Shown here piece by piece: positions 11,369 through 22,979 of a DNA stretch of 46,865 nt. Position numbers and translations under genes: made by a program. This DNA comes from Octopus bimaculoides (taxonomy: Eukaryota). The stretch is taken from the NCBI RefSeq assembly GCF_001194135.2, contig NC_068989.1:89457260-89504124 (forward strand). Reading direction: 5' to 3'. The notes below the pieces were generated by a model that saw nothing but the letters and a program-made list of their open reading frames with translations, made no database searches and was not told the origin of the DNA. How positions within the stretch are numbered: position 1 is the first letter of the stretch; each line of letters begins with the position of its first letter.

Positions 11369-11613
11369 GCACGCACGCAGTTCTTTTGTTTGGAACTGGT
11401 AAATTTCGAAGCAGATAAAGCTATAAATGATAGCGTATATTGGGTTAAAAGGACCCTTTGGGATAGATAGAAAAGGTCAAAGGTTACCCGTCGATGTCGC
11501 CATCGTGTAATTTCCTCCTACATCTCTGTCTATTTATCTGTCTGTCTGTCTGTCTGTCCCTCACGTCCATAAACGACACTAATACATCTATAAATAGCCA
11601 CTTCCATCCTTAC

Positions 11614-11631
11614 CACCACCACCGCCACCAC

Positions 11632-11663
<32 letters not shown>
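11614..11663. repeat. (CAC)n/(CAT)n compound microsatellite
   Basis: Direct reading; it explains the poly-His ORF artefact. Confidence 0.9.
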
Positions 11664-11973
11664 CTTCTTTATTCTGAACTGTCAACTAACCTCTCACACT
11701 ACCATCATCGTCTCTCCGCAAACACACATGAAACCACTCAGAAAGCGCTGCCACTTTTCCAGCCACTCGTGCCCACCACCATCTCCACTGCCGCTGTTGC
11801 GACAACCACTTAAGACTTCTTCCACTTTAGACTCGTCACTGTTATTGTTAGGCTCTCACACTTACACACGAACGTTCGTTCTGTTGTTGCTATAACGAAT
11901 ATAAAAAAATATATATATATATATGGTCGGCAACCATTTACAGTGCCGCCACCCAGCACCACTGTCACCACGC

Positions 11974-11974
<1 letters not shown>

Positions 11975-12005
<31 letters not shown>

Positions 12006-12125
12006 ACTGTGAATGCAACTAGTTGCAGCTGTAGGAGTACTGCTGTAGCTCCTGCTGCCATTGTCGCTGCTGCTGTTGCCGTTCTACTACTACTACTACT
12101 ACTACTACCACAACCACCACTACTC

Positions 12126-12182
<57 letters not shown>

Positions 12183-12233
12183 TCATTCAGTTGGGTGGGT
12201 AAATGTATTCATTCTGTGTGTGTGTGTGCGTGC

Positions 12234-12279
<46 letters not shown>

Positions 12280-12335
12280 GTATGTATGTACCTATGTATA
12301 TATATATCTATTTATGTGTGTGTGTGTGTGTGTTG
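11975..12335. repeat. Microsatellite cluster (TG)n, (GCT)n, (ACT)n, (CCA)n, (TA)n
   Basis: Direct reading; it explains the poly-Leu and poly-Tyr ORFs. Confidence 0.9.
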
Positions 12336-12489
12336 TATGCATGCTTCTGTTCTGTAAGTTGTGACCTTTTCAGTCGTCCAAATTAATTTGGACACTGTAA
12401 ACTACTGTTCGCGCTGTGCCCGCCTCCTCGTTCCTGGCATCAGCACTGATATTTTACACCCCTCCCCTCGCTCTCATCAGGCTTGGAGC

Positions 12490-13490
12490 CAGTGAAGGGC
12501 TTTGCTAGAAATAGCAGACAAATTCCCTCAGATCACACCTCTACATTGGTCAATGTTCTCTTAAATAACATGAAAAGATGGTGCGATTGCGGGTGGAATC
12601 ATAGTTTTACTACAATTGAGCGCTGACCGGAGAGTTAAACTCCTCCTCCTCCTCCTCCTACTACTACTACTGATAGACATTGAAGAAGCTTTTTGTGGTC
12701 GGTCGTAGAAATAGCAACCAAATCTCCCTCGAATCACACCTTACGTATTGTCTTGAAGGAAGCATAGGATAATGTGGTCACATACATACATACATGTGTG
12801 TGTGTGTGTAGACATACACGTCATGAAAGAAGAACAGACAGGATGGTCATGGTCGGAATATCGTCTGATTATGTCAGCCCTATCAGGATTTATCTTAGAG
12901 TGCTGGTACTGCTGCTTCTGCTGCAATCGCATCTACCACTTTTGTAGTACCACCACAAATGTCTCATGTTCTAAGTCACAAAATATGACCAACAGCGAGA
13001 AACATTATAGTAGCCCTAAGCAAATAAGGGAATCTTTTTACGTGTGTGCTCGGATTGTTAGAAATAGGCACCATTTCTCCCTCGAGTTACACTGTACTAT
13101 TAGAAAGTGTAGTCCTACATATGCATAAAAGAGGGTATGGTCGTGGTTGGACTACTTTTATCATAAGTTTTGCTCAATCAGGATTGGCCTGGGGTTAAAC
13201 AACAGCCAGCGCAAATCCGTGCCGTCGAGTGAAGCTCTTGTGTATCATTCTCAGTTGAGTCTTTTTGATATCAAACATTGCTGAAAACCCTTTGTTCCCA
13301 ACTATATGTGGGCGGGAATAATAGCAAAAGGATCTCCATACCTTTTCAATCTACACGAGTTGCGTCTAATTGGTTGTGATTATTTCAAAGTTCTAGTAAT
13401 TTTACACTACTTGCGTACCCACTGTGTTCAATGTGCTTGTTGTTGTTATTGTATAACCCCAGGTTAGTTCTGATCGAACAAATCTATGGC
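12490..13490. mobile_element. Cluster of family E fragments (about 12500, 12700-12900, 13055-13205 on +; 13438-13490 on -)
   Basis: Repeated TAGAAATAGCA(G/A)C(C/A)AAAT(C)TCCCTC motif, GGATGGTCATGG segment and GGGGTTAAACAAC tails. Confidence 0.6.
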
Positions 13491-14017
13491 ACATTAAAAA
13501 TACTATTGAACGACTTGGCCTGATCAATGGATACACCACACTTCTACCTCCAACCATAGCCTACCATTGGATGATGCAGCTTAGATGCCCCGTGTCAGAA
13601 TATATAATTGTATAGTTAGAACTAAAACGTATTTCGTAATAACTTTACCCAAATATGGTCGACTTAGGGAGAAAACATTACTATTACTATCATGAACCTA
13701 TACGGCAATCACCAGGAGTGCGTGTGCATGTGTCTGTCTGTGTGTGTGTGTGGGGGGGGGATGTGAGTTGTGGTGTTTATGCAGTTTTCAAGGATAATAT
13801 CAGAGTATTACTAGAAATTAAACCTTCATCTTTGAATAGATTTACAAGCAGTTTTCTACAAACACTGCAGTGTTTGCCGTTCCACCAGTTACATTTCTGA
13901 TCACCATGGAACGCAGAGTTGATTTAGTAAAGCGTTGTTAATTTGATGTTTCCCAAAATATGTTGATTCATTCAAATTACGCCTCCTTCTGGTGACAAAA
14001 TAATAATAATAATAATA

Positions 14018-14361
14018 TTAATATAGAAAGGATTGAGGTAACTCATCCTGAAGATATAATCAAAATTAAAAGAAGAGTGCCATTTGCTATCTTGTGAACA
14101 ATATTTCGACATCTTGCGTGTCTTCCACTGGTTCAAAAAATAAATTTGTCAATCTACTTCATTTGGTTAATATTGTTCACAAGATAGCAAATGGCACTCT
14201 TCTTTTAATTTTGACTGTATCTTCAGGAGGAGTTACCTCAATCCTTTCTATATTAACCAAATGAAGTAGATTGACAAATTTATTTTTTGAACCAGTGGAA
14301 GACACGCAAGATGTCGAAATATTGTTCACAAGATAGCAAATGGCACTCTTCTTTTAATTTT
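14018..14361. repeat. Complex inverted repeat X-Y-rcX-rcY-rcX(partial)
   Basis: X 14018-14105 vs rcX 14169-14255 (3 mismatches); Y 14106-14172 vs rcY 14250-14317 (identical); partial rcX to 14361. Confidence 0.95.
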
Positions 14362-14365
14362 AATT

Positions 14366-14400
<35 letters not shown>

Positions 14401-14604
14401 CGCAAAGGCGAAGGCTCGGAGTTTCTGTTGATGAAGTATAGAATGCAGTGCGTCTTTCGAGTGTATTCGTTATTGAAGATCTTAGAATGAGTGGAGGTTG
14501 TTTTTCGCGACTGGCTGGCGTGTTAACTTAGACGAATGGTTACGGAAAAAATATCCAATCTATCAAGGTAAAACGATTGATGAAGTAAACCAAGATGGAA
14601 TAGG

Positions 14605-14680
14605 TTCGAGAATGGGGTCTATTTGTTCGACTAAATCAGTCAACGTAGTGCTCAAGCATGGCCGTAGTTCTGTAAAACAC
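14605..14680 (+). mobile_element. Family B SINE 3' fragment
   Basis: GGGGTCTATTTGTTCGACTAAA...GTGCTCAAGCATGGCCG. Confidence 0.65.
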
Positions 14681-15264
14681 AATTGATGTATAATGCCGTG
14701 TGGAGTGAGTCTGATTTTTAAGCCTCTTTAGTTTCGTATTCAATGTTATTTATTTATTAAAATTAATGTCGCTCAAAACCCACCGCGGATCTTTTGTATT
14801 TTCTTTGCCCATAAATTGATTAAACTGCATATATAATAAATGTTTTATGAAATCCTTACTGATCATTATTTAATATTGGATTCAGAATATTTAATTTCCC
14901 CCCAATATATGTATTCTTTTTTTAATTTTTTTTTTAACCTAATTTCCCATATAACTCTATTGTATGATGGCAAAGTCTACCCTAAAATGGACAACTCATT
15001 TCCTAGAATTCTGTGATACAATATTAACAGGAAGCAAAGAAGCTTGACTGTAAAAGAACGGTGGAAATTAAATGGCTGCTTTTATGTCCCCTAATTTATT
15101 TGCTGATCCATTCAGGTTTTCGCACTAGTCCGGAATGGAATTCGCGAAACACGTGCACTCTCAAATACATTGGTTTTCACTCTGACACACCCCGAACTTG
15201 CCACTCACACACTCATACTCGATGGTGAGACGAAACGTAGTGTGGTATTCAATTGTGTGATTTT

Positions 15265-15365
15265 ACTCTCTGAGTTCAAGTCGTACCAACGTCGACTTCA
15301 CCTCTCAACCTTCTGGGGTTGATAAAATAAGTACCAGTTAATTACTGAGGTCGATCAAATTAGTT
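15265..15365 (+). mobile_element. Family A SINE fragment
   Basis: GAGTTCAAG...GTCGACTTCACCTCTCAACCTTCTGGGGTTGATAAAATAAGTACCAG. Confidence 0.65.
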
Positions 15366-15574
15366 ATTTCTTTACTCGATATTTTGAACCTTTTGCTCAT
15401 GTAAGAAATCATATATATATATATATATAATTATATATAATTATATATATATATATATATATAATTATATATATAAACACACACATTTCATATATATATA
15501 TATAAATATATATTCGCCATGTTGGACCAAAAGAATCCTACACGGTTTTCTCCCTTCTCTCTCTATTTATTCCC

Positions 15575-15714
15575 TCTTATGCCTTTCTATCGAAGGGCGT
15601 AGGTTCGAAACGTAAAGGACTTTTCCATTTTACCGAGCGTCAAACTAACACACTTGCTTGTTGTTCTTACACCTGTCTTCGTCTTTTGCTTTTCTATAAA
15701 TTTGAACTAATATA
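15575..15714 (+). mobile_element. Penelope-like terminal-repeat remnant with vestigial hammerhead-like motif
   Basis: GAA-GGGC-GTAG-GTTC-GAAACGTA resembles the stem II-GAAA-palindromic stem III layout of PLE termini, followed by a pyrimidine-rich tail and (TA)n. Confidence 0.5.
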
Positions 15715-15984
15715 NNNNNNNNNNNNNNNNNNNNNNNNNNNNNNNNNNNNNNNNNNNNNNNNNNNNNNNNNNNNNNNNNNNNNNNNNNNNNNNNNNNNNN
15801 NNNNNNNNNNNNNNNNNNNNNNNNNNNNNNNNNNNNNNNNNNNNNNNNNNNNNNNNNNNNNNNNNNNNNNNNNNNNNNNNNNNNNNNNNNNNNNNNNNNN
15901 NNNNNNNNNNNNNNNNNNNNNNNNNNNNNNNNNNNNNNNNNNNNNNNNNNNNNNNNNNNNNNNNNNNNNNNNNNNNNNATATAT

Positions 15985-16026
<42 letters not shown>

Positions 16027-16268
16027 GTGTGTGTGTACAGATGTATAATATATGTATACGTGCGCGCGCATATCTGTGTTATTATTTTTAGTTGGATCTG
16101 AATACGAGAAGGGTAAAAGGGGCAGATGAAGGAAGTAAATGCGTAGAGAGAGAGAGGGGGGAGAGGGAGAAGTGTAATCTGATTCAGAGAACAAGATACG
16201 AGAAGAGACGGATTAAATAGTTCAATGCAAGACAGTTAAGTTAGGCTTCCGTCTTGTAGTAATCTGCG

Positions 16269-16407
16269 ATCCTTCGATATTGGTCTATAAAGTGCCGGTA
16301 TGAGGAGGCGACATCATTTACTCTCTTTTTTACAGCCTAGCTTCTTTATCTATGCCATGAGAGAAGGTTGTGTGAGTGAATGACGACGTGTACCATTATC
16401 GAAGGAT
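16269..16407. repeat. Family F hairpin repeat, copy 1
   Basis: Arms ATCCTTCGATATTGGT / ACCATTATCGAAGGAT (15/16) around the core CAGCCTAGCTTCTTTAT shared with 22244-22355. Confidence 0.75.
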
Positions 16408-16530
16408 TGCCTAGTAATCAAATTAACCTCACCGTCTCCTTAAGAATATTGGGTGGGACTTACATTGAAATGACCGGAAAATATTTCGATATATCTAGGG
16501 CTGAACTAGGGCTATGCAGATTTTTATTTG

Positions 16531-16638
16531 CAACAAGTTTAACTATGGAAGGAAATCGAAGATATAATTGAAATCTGTAGCATACTGACAACACAAGCTT
16601 AATTATGTATGGAACGAAATCGGAGATATAATTGAAAT
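16531..16638. repeat. Diverged tandem duplication, about 64-bp period
   Basis: GAAATCG(A/G)AGATATAATTGAAAT occurs twice with similar upstream sequence. Confidence 0.7.
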
Positions 16639-16847
16639 TTATAACAAAGAATCATTGTGAAGATCTATAAATTTGTGCGTTACAATTGAAATAAGAACAT
16701 CAATTAAAATAAGACCGTGGAATTTCTACGGATCTCGCTGTTTAAGTATTACTTTGATAATGAAAAGCCCTAATGATGAATTTCTATCGTCTTTCCTCTG
16801 CCCCTCTATGGCAGCTACGTATTTTTTTCTTTCTCCCCACCTCTCCT

Positions 16848-16863
16848 TCTCTCTCTGTCTCTC

Positions 16864-16954
<91 letters not shown>
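16848..16954. repeat. (CT)n microsatellite
   Basis: Direct reading. Similar CT/GA runs lie at 4793-4847, 7547-7584, 25361-25479, 42832-42910 and 45119-45219. Confidence 0.95.
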
Positions 16955-16957
<3 letters not shown>

Positions 16958-17151
16958 GTGTTAGAGTAAAGAGGTAAATAACGGAATAAAAGAATTTACT
17001 GAACAAAAGCAACCGAACAGACGACGTCTGTGTTGTTTCAAGCACACTTCACGTCTGAACATGTTTCTAGGCTATGATTGTTCTCAGCTCAGACCTCGTT
17101 CCCTCATCAGCATGACATTTAATAACTGAAACTTCACCAGCAAAACCAGTG

Positions 17152-17195
<44 letters not shown>

Positions 17196-18050
17196 TGTGC
17201 AAGCGTGTTTGTATGTTCATGTCTGCGTATGTAACTTGTGTCTATACGAATTTGTCGGGGTGTTGTGTGTGTGTTACGTTTGAGTGTGCGAGTGTGTTTG
17301 TGTACCAATGTTTGTGCGTGTATGTATGTATGTATGTCTCTATATGTCTCTACGTGTGTGTGTGTGCGCGGGTGAGTTTATATGTTCACGTCTGCGTGTG
17401 TACCTATGTTGTCATACACGCTTGTGCATGTGCGCATTTGTGCGTCGCGCAGATTTGTTTGTTTTTATGGCTGATTTCGCTTAGCAGAAACGGTCAACTC
17501 CTTCTGTTCACAAGGTTTTCTTTCTAATCCAAATTGTACCAACCACGATCGGAACTAGACGTGGGAAATTACCTGTGAATTGTTCGGTGCGTGGCGCAAA
17601 GCAAATGTCAAGACTGAGTGTCGGGCGAAGCGATGTGGCTAACAATGTCTTGGAATGAACGAGACATCGGGGATGGTGGATGGGAGTGGCACCTTCGTTT
17701 GAATCGATCGCAAAACTAGTTTTGAAAGATGAAAAAACAAAGCTAATCTCGGCGGGAATTGAATGCCGTGTGGAAGCATGTTCAGACATAACGTTCATGG
17801 CTGTGCAGTTAAAGAAGTTCGTTCCACAACTCCGTGATCTCGAATCCAGTTCTAGTCCACGATTCTTTGGTCAATCGAAGCGTGAATGAAACAGTGGACG
17901 TGATTTTGTGAATGCTCCACAGAGGGGCCGTTACTGTTTTAGAATGTTGGGCTTAATCCATTGACCAGCTTAATACCACCACTTGGCCCGTTATGGGTTT
18001 TTAGCGAAGCCTACTTTGCTGGAAGTATTCAGACAGGTCTCTTGGTTTAT

Positions 18051-18197
18051 TCTTTTACTTGTTTCAGTCATTTGTCTGCGGCCATGCTGGAGCACCGCCT
18101 TGAAGAATTTTAGTCGAACGAATCAACCCCCCGTACTTATTCTATCGGTCTCTTTTGCAAAACCACTAAGTTACCACACCAACTTGGTGGTGGGAGA

Positions 18198-18200
<3 letters not shown>
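18051..18200 (-). mobile_element. Family B SINE, 3' portion
   Basis: TCTTTTACTTGTTTCAGTCATTTGTCTGCGGCCATGCTGGAGCACCGCC. Confidence 0.85.
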
Positions 18201-18233
<33 letters not shown>

Positions 18234-18630
18234 NNNNNNNNNNNNNNNNNNNNNNNNNNNNNNNNNNNNNNNNNNNNNNNNNNNNNNNNNNNNNNNNNNN
18301 NNNNNNNNNNNNNNNNNNNNNNNNNNNNNNNNNNNNNNNNNNNNNNNNNNNNNNNNNNNNNNNNNNNNNNNNNNNNNNNNNNNNNNNNNNNNNNNNNNNN
18401 NNNNNNNNNNNNNNNNNNNNNNNNNNNNNNNNNNNNNNNNNNNNNNNNNNNNNNNNNNNNNNNNNNNNNNNNNNNNNNNNNNNNNNNNNNNNNNNNNNNN
18501 NNNNNNNNNNNNNNNNNNNNNNNNNNNNNNNNNNNNNNNNNNNNNNNNNNNNNNNNNNNNNNNNNNNNNNTATCAATTGAATGCTGCAAGCTATTTAACC
18601 CGGCGCTCTACTGTTTCTGTCAGTCCATAC

Positions 18631-18845
18631 GGCGGAAACGAGCTGGCAGAAACGTTAGCGCGCCGGGCGAAATGCTTAGCGGTATTTCATCTGTCTTTAT
18701 GTTCTGAGTTCAAATTCCGCCGAGGTCGACTTTGCCTTTCATCCTTTCGGGGTCGATAAATTAAGTACCAGTTACGTACTGGGTCGATCTAATCGACTGG
18801 TTCCCCTCCCCCAAAAATTCGGGTTTTGTGCCTAAAGTAGAAAAA
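18631..18845 (+). mobile_element. Family A SINE (A2 tail), full length
   Basis: GAGCTGGCAGAAACGTTAGC head, GAGTTCAAATTCC B-box, intact core and tail. Confidence 0.9.
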
Positions 18846-18971
18846 AACAAAAAGGCTACAACTGTTGACAATAATAAAGGTTTCTAATATAGGTGCGGAG
18901 CCACCAACTTTAGTACTTTACTGGTACTTTATTCCAGCGTCTCCAGAAGAATGAGAGTGAGTTTTCCTTAA

Positions 18972-19342
18972 CTTTTTACCTGTCTCAGTCATTAGACTGC
19001 TGCCATGCTGGGGCACCGCTTTGACGGGTTTTAGTGGAACAAATCGACCCCAATACTTTTTTTTAAAGTCAGGTGCGTATTCTTTCAGTCGTTTTTGCCA
19101 AACTGCTTGGTTATGGGGGCGTAAACAAACCAACAGCAGTTGTCAAGCTGCGGGTAGGGGGCACAGCCATAAAGACACACCCACACGCATACACATATCC
19201 AACGGGCTTCCACGCAGTTTCCATGTACCAGATTCACTCACAATGTGTTGGTCTACCCAGGATTATAGAAGATATTTGCCCAAGGTGCCGCACTGTGGAA
19301 CTGACCCCGAAACCACGTGGTTACAAAGCGAGATTCTTAACC
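18972..19342 (-). mobile_element. Family B SINE, full length, diverged
   Basis: The 3' end, middle and head (GCCCAAGGTGCCGCACTGTGGAACTGACCCC) are all recognisable. Confidence 0.8.
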
Positions 19343-19480
19343 TCACATCCTTGAACTAAAAACTTTAAGGGTTGTAGCGAAACACGTGAAAGCATTTTAC
19401 TTGCCACTCCATCGCATTTAAATAATAATCGTGTCTAAAATAAGCTCCCATAAATTTATGGAAGCGACGGAGATGAAACT

Positions 19481-19615
19481 TGGTCGATTTAAATCGGTTG
19501 TAGTACTTAAATGCCTCTTCATTTTCTCGACACCGGAAGGATGAAAGCCAAAGTTGAACCCGACAGGATGTGAACTCAGAACGTCAAGAGCCGAAACGAA
19601 ATACCGCAAGGCATT
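19481..19615 (-). mobile_element. Family A SINE, diverged
   Basis: GAAGGATGAAAGCCAAAGTTGA...TGAACTCAGAACGT...GAAATACCGCAAGGCATT. Confidence 0.7.
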
Positions 19616-19970
19616 ATTTTTTCGACACTCAAACGATTGGGCCAATAATAGAAGGCTCATAAAATAGATTATTTATCTGTTGCAGCAGGCAATATAGCAA
19701 ATGATAAAGAATAAATGGAGAGGAAGGCTATTCCTTGAGGGATTGGAATATTTTATTGTTAGAGACTGTAGACAATTGAAGCAGTTGGCAGCGAGAAAAT
19801 GTTGCCAACAATGATTCTGGATGGCAGCCAAAAGACGCTTGGTAATGCTTTTTTTTATTTAGATTTTAATTCTGTTACACACACGATGTGTGTGTGTGTG
19901 GATGGCCGGCTGTTGGTTTATGTCGGACGATTGAGATAGGAGTGCTTAACACACGTTGTAGACGATATGG

Positions 19971-20001
<31 letters not shown>

Positions 20002-20280
20002 CACAGTTGAAACTGAAACTGAAAGTTTTTCTCACGACTGAGTTTTACACCCGAAAATCACAGTGGTGTGAAATTCAAGTTGCATGACAAACTCTCGTTT
20101 CTGTGCTGTTTGTCTCGTTGTGCTTTGCTTGGATTATGCAGGTTTTTCGGTAATTTCTGATCCTAAGTGTAGTTAGCGACAGAGTTAGATGTAATTTTAT
20201 TGATACAATGAGTAAGTAATTATAGTCTTGCATGGCCAGAGCGTCGTTATAAGTCAGCCATGAAGTATAATATATACATA

Positions 20281-20516
20281 CAGTAATCCCTCGCCATTTC
20301 GCCATTCACTTATCGCGCACTCAGCACATCGCGGTTAGTTTATCGCGCATTCAGTACATCGCGGATTTTTTCTGGCTAATAAATGTAAATTTATATCGCG
20401 GACTCCTCATTATATCGCGGGTTTCTGCGGCCGATAGGTATTTATATGTTTTTAGATTTTAATTATTTCTGTGGGAGGTTTTGGAACGTAACACCGCGAT
20501 AGTCGATGGGTTACTG
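20281..20516. mobile_element. pogo/Tigger-type (Tc1-mariner) MITE, 236 bp
   Basis: TIRs CAGTAATCCCTCG and rc CAGTAACCCATCG (11/13), TA on both sides (20279-80, 20517-18), internal 30-bp tandem duplication at 20310-20369. Confidence 0.85.
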
Positions 20517-21327
20517 TACACTAAAATCCTACCGGAAGCAATGTAAATGTGCTCGTAATTGTTTTTCTTTTTTTCATAACTGACACAAGTTATTCAAATT
20601 ACATTTGCTGGTAGAGTAACTCTTCCTCTATCCAAAGGTAATACTCACCATAATCTCCATGACAAGTGGGGCATTTGCGCCATCGTTGAACCCAAGTCCG
20701 GCAACCCTCTTTGCAAAATTCAACACTGTTGTATTGATTTCTTCACAACAGTTTCACCTCTTCTGTGTCAGCAAGTTGTTGTCCCCACAAAACTGTCCTT
20801 CCGTCGACCGAAAAGGTAGAAGTCGAAGAGAGCCAGCGTACAGTGGATGGGGAACCACTGACCAGCCTAAAGTGCCGATGCCCGATATGTTGTCAAAGAT
20901 GCGTGTGGTACTCAGCCCAAACGCACAGTGCAACTAGTCTATTTAGGCCCGTGTAATAGACTGTTGCTGTAGAGTTACCCCGGCGTGTAACTGCTTCTTC
21001 AGACAAATCAAACATGTTCTCTCATACACACGTAAAAAATATAAACATATTTTCTTTATTCACTTGAGCACTGAAAGATCAGTGAATTTAGAAGGAAAAC
21101 AGCCCCCCCCCTCTCTCTCTCTCTCTNNNNNNNNNNNNNNNNNNNNNNNNNNNNNNNNNNNNNNNNNNNNNNNNNNNNNNNNNNNNNNNNNNNNNNNNNN
21201 NNNNNNNNNNNNNNNNNNNNNNNNNNNNNNNNNNNNNNNNNNNNNNNNNNNNNNNNNNNNNNNNNNNNNNNNNNNNNNNNNNNNNNNNNNNNNNNNNNNN
21301 NNNNNNNNNNNNNNNNNNNNNNNNNNN

Positions 21328-21385
<58 letters not shown>

Positions 21386-21539
21386 CTTTCCCTCACTCTC
21401 TCTTTCTGCGCCCTCGTGTAGGTTTACCATTCGAGCCACAACGCACTGTCTCCAAAGCATGTTGAATGTCCACTCAGCCGTGCCAGATCGTCAGCGTTCA
21501 AACAGTTGCGCTCAGTTGTCTTATCCCGCGGGAGTAAAA

Positions 21540-21635
21540 AAAAGTACTGTGGTTGATTCTTTCGATTAAAAATTCTTGAAGGCGGTGCTCCAGCACGGCC
21601 ACAGTCAAATGACAGAAACGAGTAAAAGATAAGAG
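21540..21635 (+). mobile_element. Family B SINE 3' fragment
   Basis: GAAGGCGGTGCTCCAGCACGGCCACAGTCAAATGACAGAAACGAGTAAAAGA. Confidence 0.8.
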
Positions 21636-21894
21636 ATAGACTAAAAGATCGAAAACCAATCCAATGCTATGTTCACCCGAGACTAAGATACCAAATTCAT
21701 CGAAATGTGTGAATAAAGGTCGATATTAAAATCTTTTACCTCTAAACATGAGGCTAATAGCCTGAAAAATTCCAATTCTATGAATGTTGTAGAGTGGTCC
21801 CGATCGTGCAGGTATGTGTTCAAAGGTGTTTCAATCGCGACTGCCCCTCCTTACTGGCTGTATCTAGAATTACATATCATAATGTATCTTTCTA

Positions 21895-22240
21895 TAAGAC
21901 ATCAGAGTGAGATATGACGAAGATTTGGCTGTTACTTCAAGCAGATGGATCGATTACCCAGAGACTTCCCGTTGGTACATACTTGGGAATTTCAGAGACA
22001 AATTTATCTTGCTCTTCTCCACGCCCCCACCCCACCTCATCTCCTCTTCTTGACTCGTATAATTAAACATAAATATTTATAATGTTCTTTTAAATTTATT
22101 TGTAAAAATCTCCAGCACATACAGCCACACGCATGTGTGTGACGAGCTAAATAGGTAGTCTCTATGTTGCCATTAGAAACAGCAAGAAAATCTCCCTCAT
22201 CGTGTTAAAAAAAAAAAGAGGGCACTTTTACTAGAAAGGC
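21895..22240. mobile_element. Two family E fragments (21895-21975 on -, 22170-22240 on +)
   Basis: AGATTTGGCTGTTACTTCAAGCAG and TAGAAACAGCAAGAAAATCTCCCTC motifs. Confidence 0.45.
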
Positions 22241-22243
22241 ACG

Positions 22244-22355
22244 CTTTCGGCATTAGTAGACGACGTAATTCACCGTCTCTTTCAGCCTAGCTTCTTTATT
22301 CATGTCAGGAGGAAACGTCGTGTGGGTGAATAGCGTCATCTACTAATAGCGAAAG
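22244..22355. repeat. Family F hairpin repeat, copy 2
   Basis: 31-bp arms 22244-22274 / 22325-22355 (26/31 complementary) around a 50-nt loop containing CAGCCTAGCTTCTTTAT. Confidence 0.8.
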
Positions 22356-22551
22356 ACCACCCCTGGAAATAAGATTCAGGCTTGGTTACGGTTGGGATGT
22401 CTCTGATCGTAGGTTTAATCAATCTAAGCCGTTTCGGAACAAAATTACTAATGTGTTGGCTGTTCTGTTGCATATAGTTCAATTAAGCACAGTGAAATCA
22501 CGAAAGCACAATTGCAGGCAATGCCAAGAAAAATCTTTTTGAATTGTTTTC

Positions 22552-22626
22552 ATCATCGCCACCGTCATCGTCATGGTGGTGGTGGTGGCGGTGGCGGTGG
22601 CGGTGGTGGTGGTGGCGGCGGCGGCG

Positions 22627-22715
<89 letters not shown>
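22552..22715. repeat. Compound trinucleotide microsatellite (CAT)-(GGT/GGC)n-(GTC)29
   Basis: Direct reading; pure GTC run at 22629-22715. Confidence 0.95.
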
Positions 22716-22944
22716 TGTTGATCGGCACTTTTGTGTGGAGATTTGTTAGTTTTCTCATGTGATTTCAGATGCATTCCGGTGCGTTTAATTCATTCAATTG
22801 TTCGGTGTTACTTAGATTGTTCTAGAAAACAACAGCCGAAATGGAGTGCGGCAAAGCGTGTCTGTTAGTAAATATAAAACTATTGAGCTTTGCACTTGCT
22901 GGCTGGCTGGTTGGCCGTTCGGTTACTTCGTTTCGATGTTCCCC

Positions 22945-22979
<35 letters not shown>

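Noticed and set aside
13859-13876. 18-bp perfect palindrome CAAACACTGCAGTGTTTG
   Set aside because: A 9-bp arm is within chance expectation for a window this size.
14532-14567. 36-nt microexon DEWLRKKYPIYQ
   Set aside because: AG/GT-bounded open segments this short arise often by chance; no supporting homology.
17040-17115. Minus-strand CTGATGA...GAAAC hammerhead-like motif
   Set aside because: No stem II closes before GAAA and stem I is only 2 bp.
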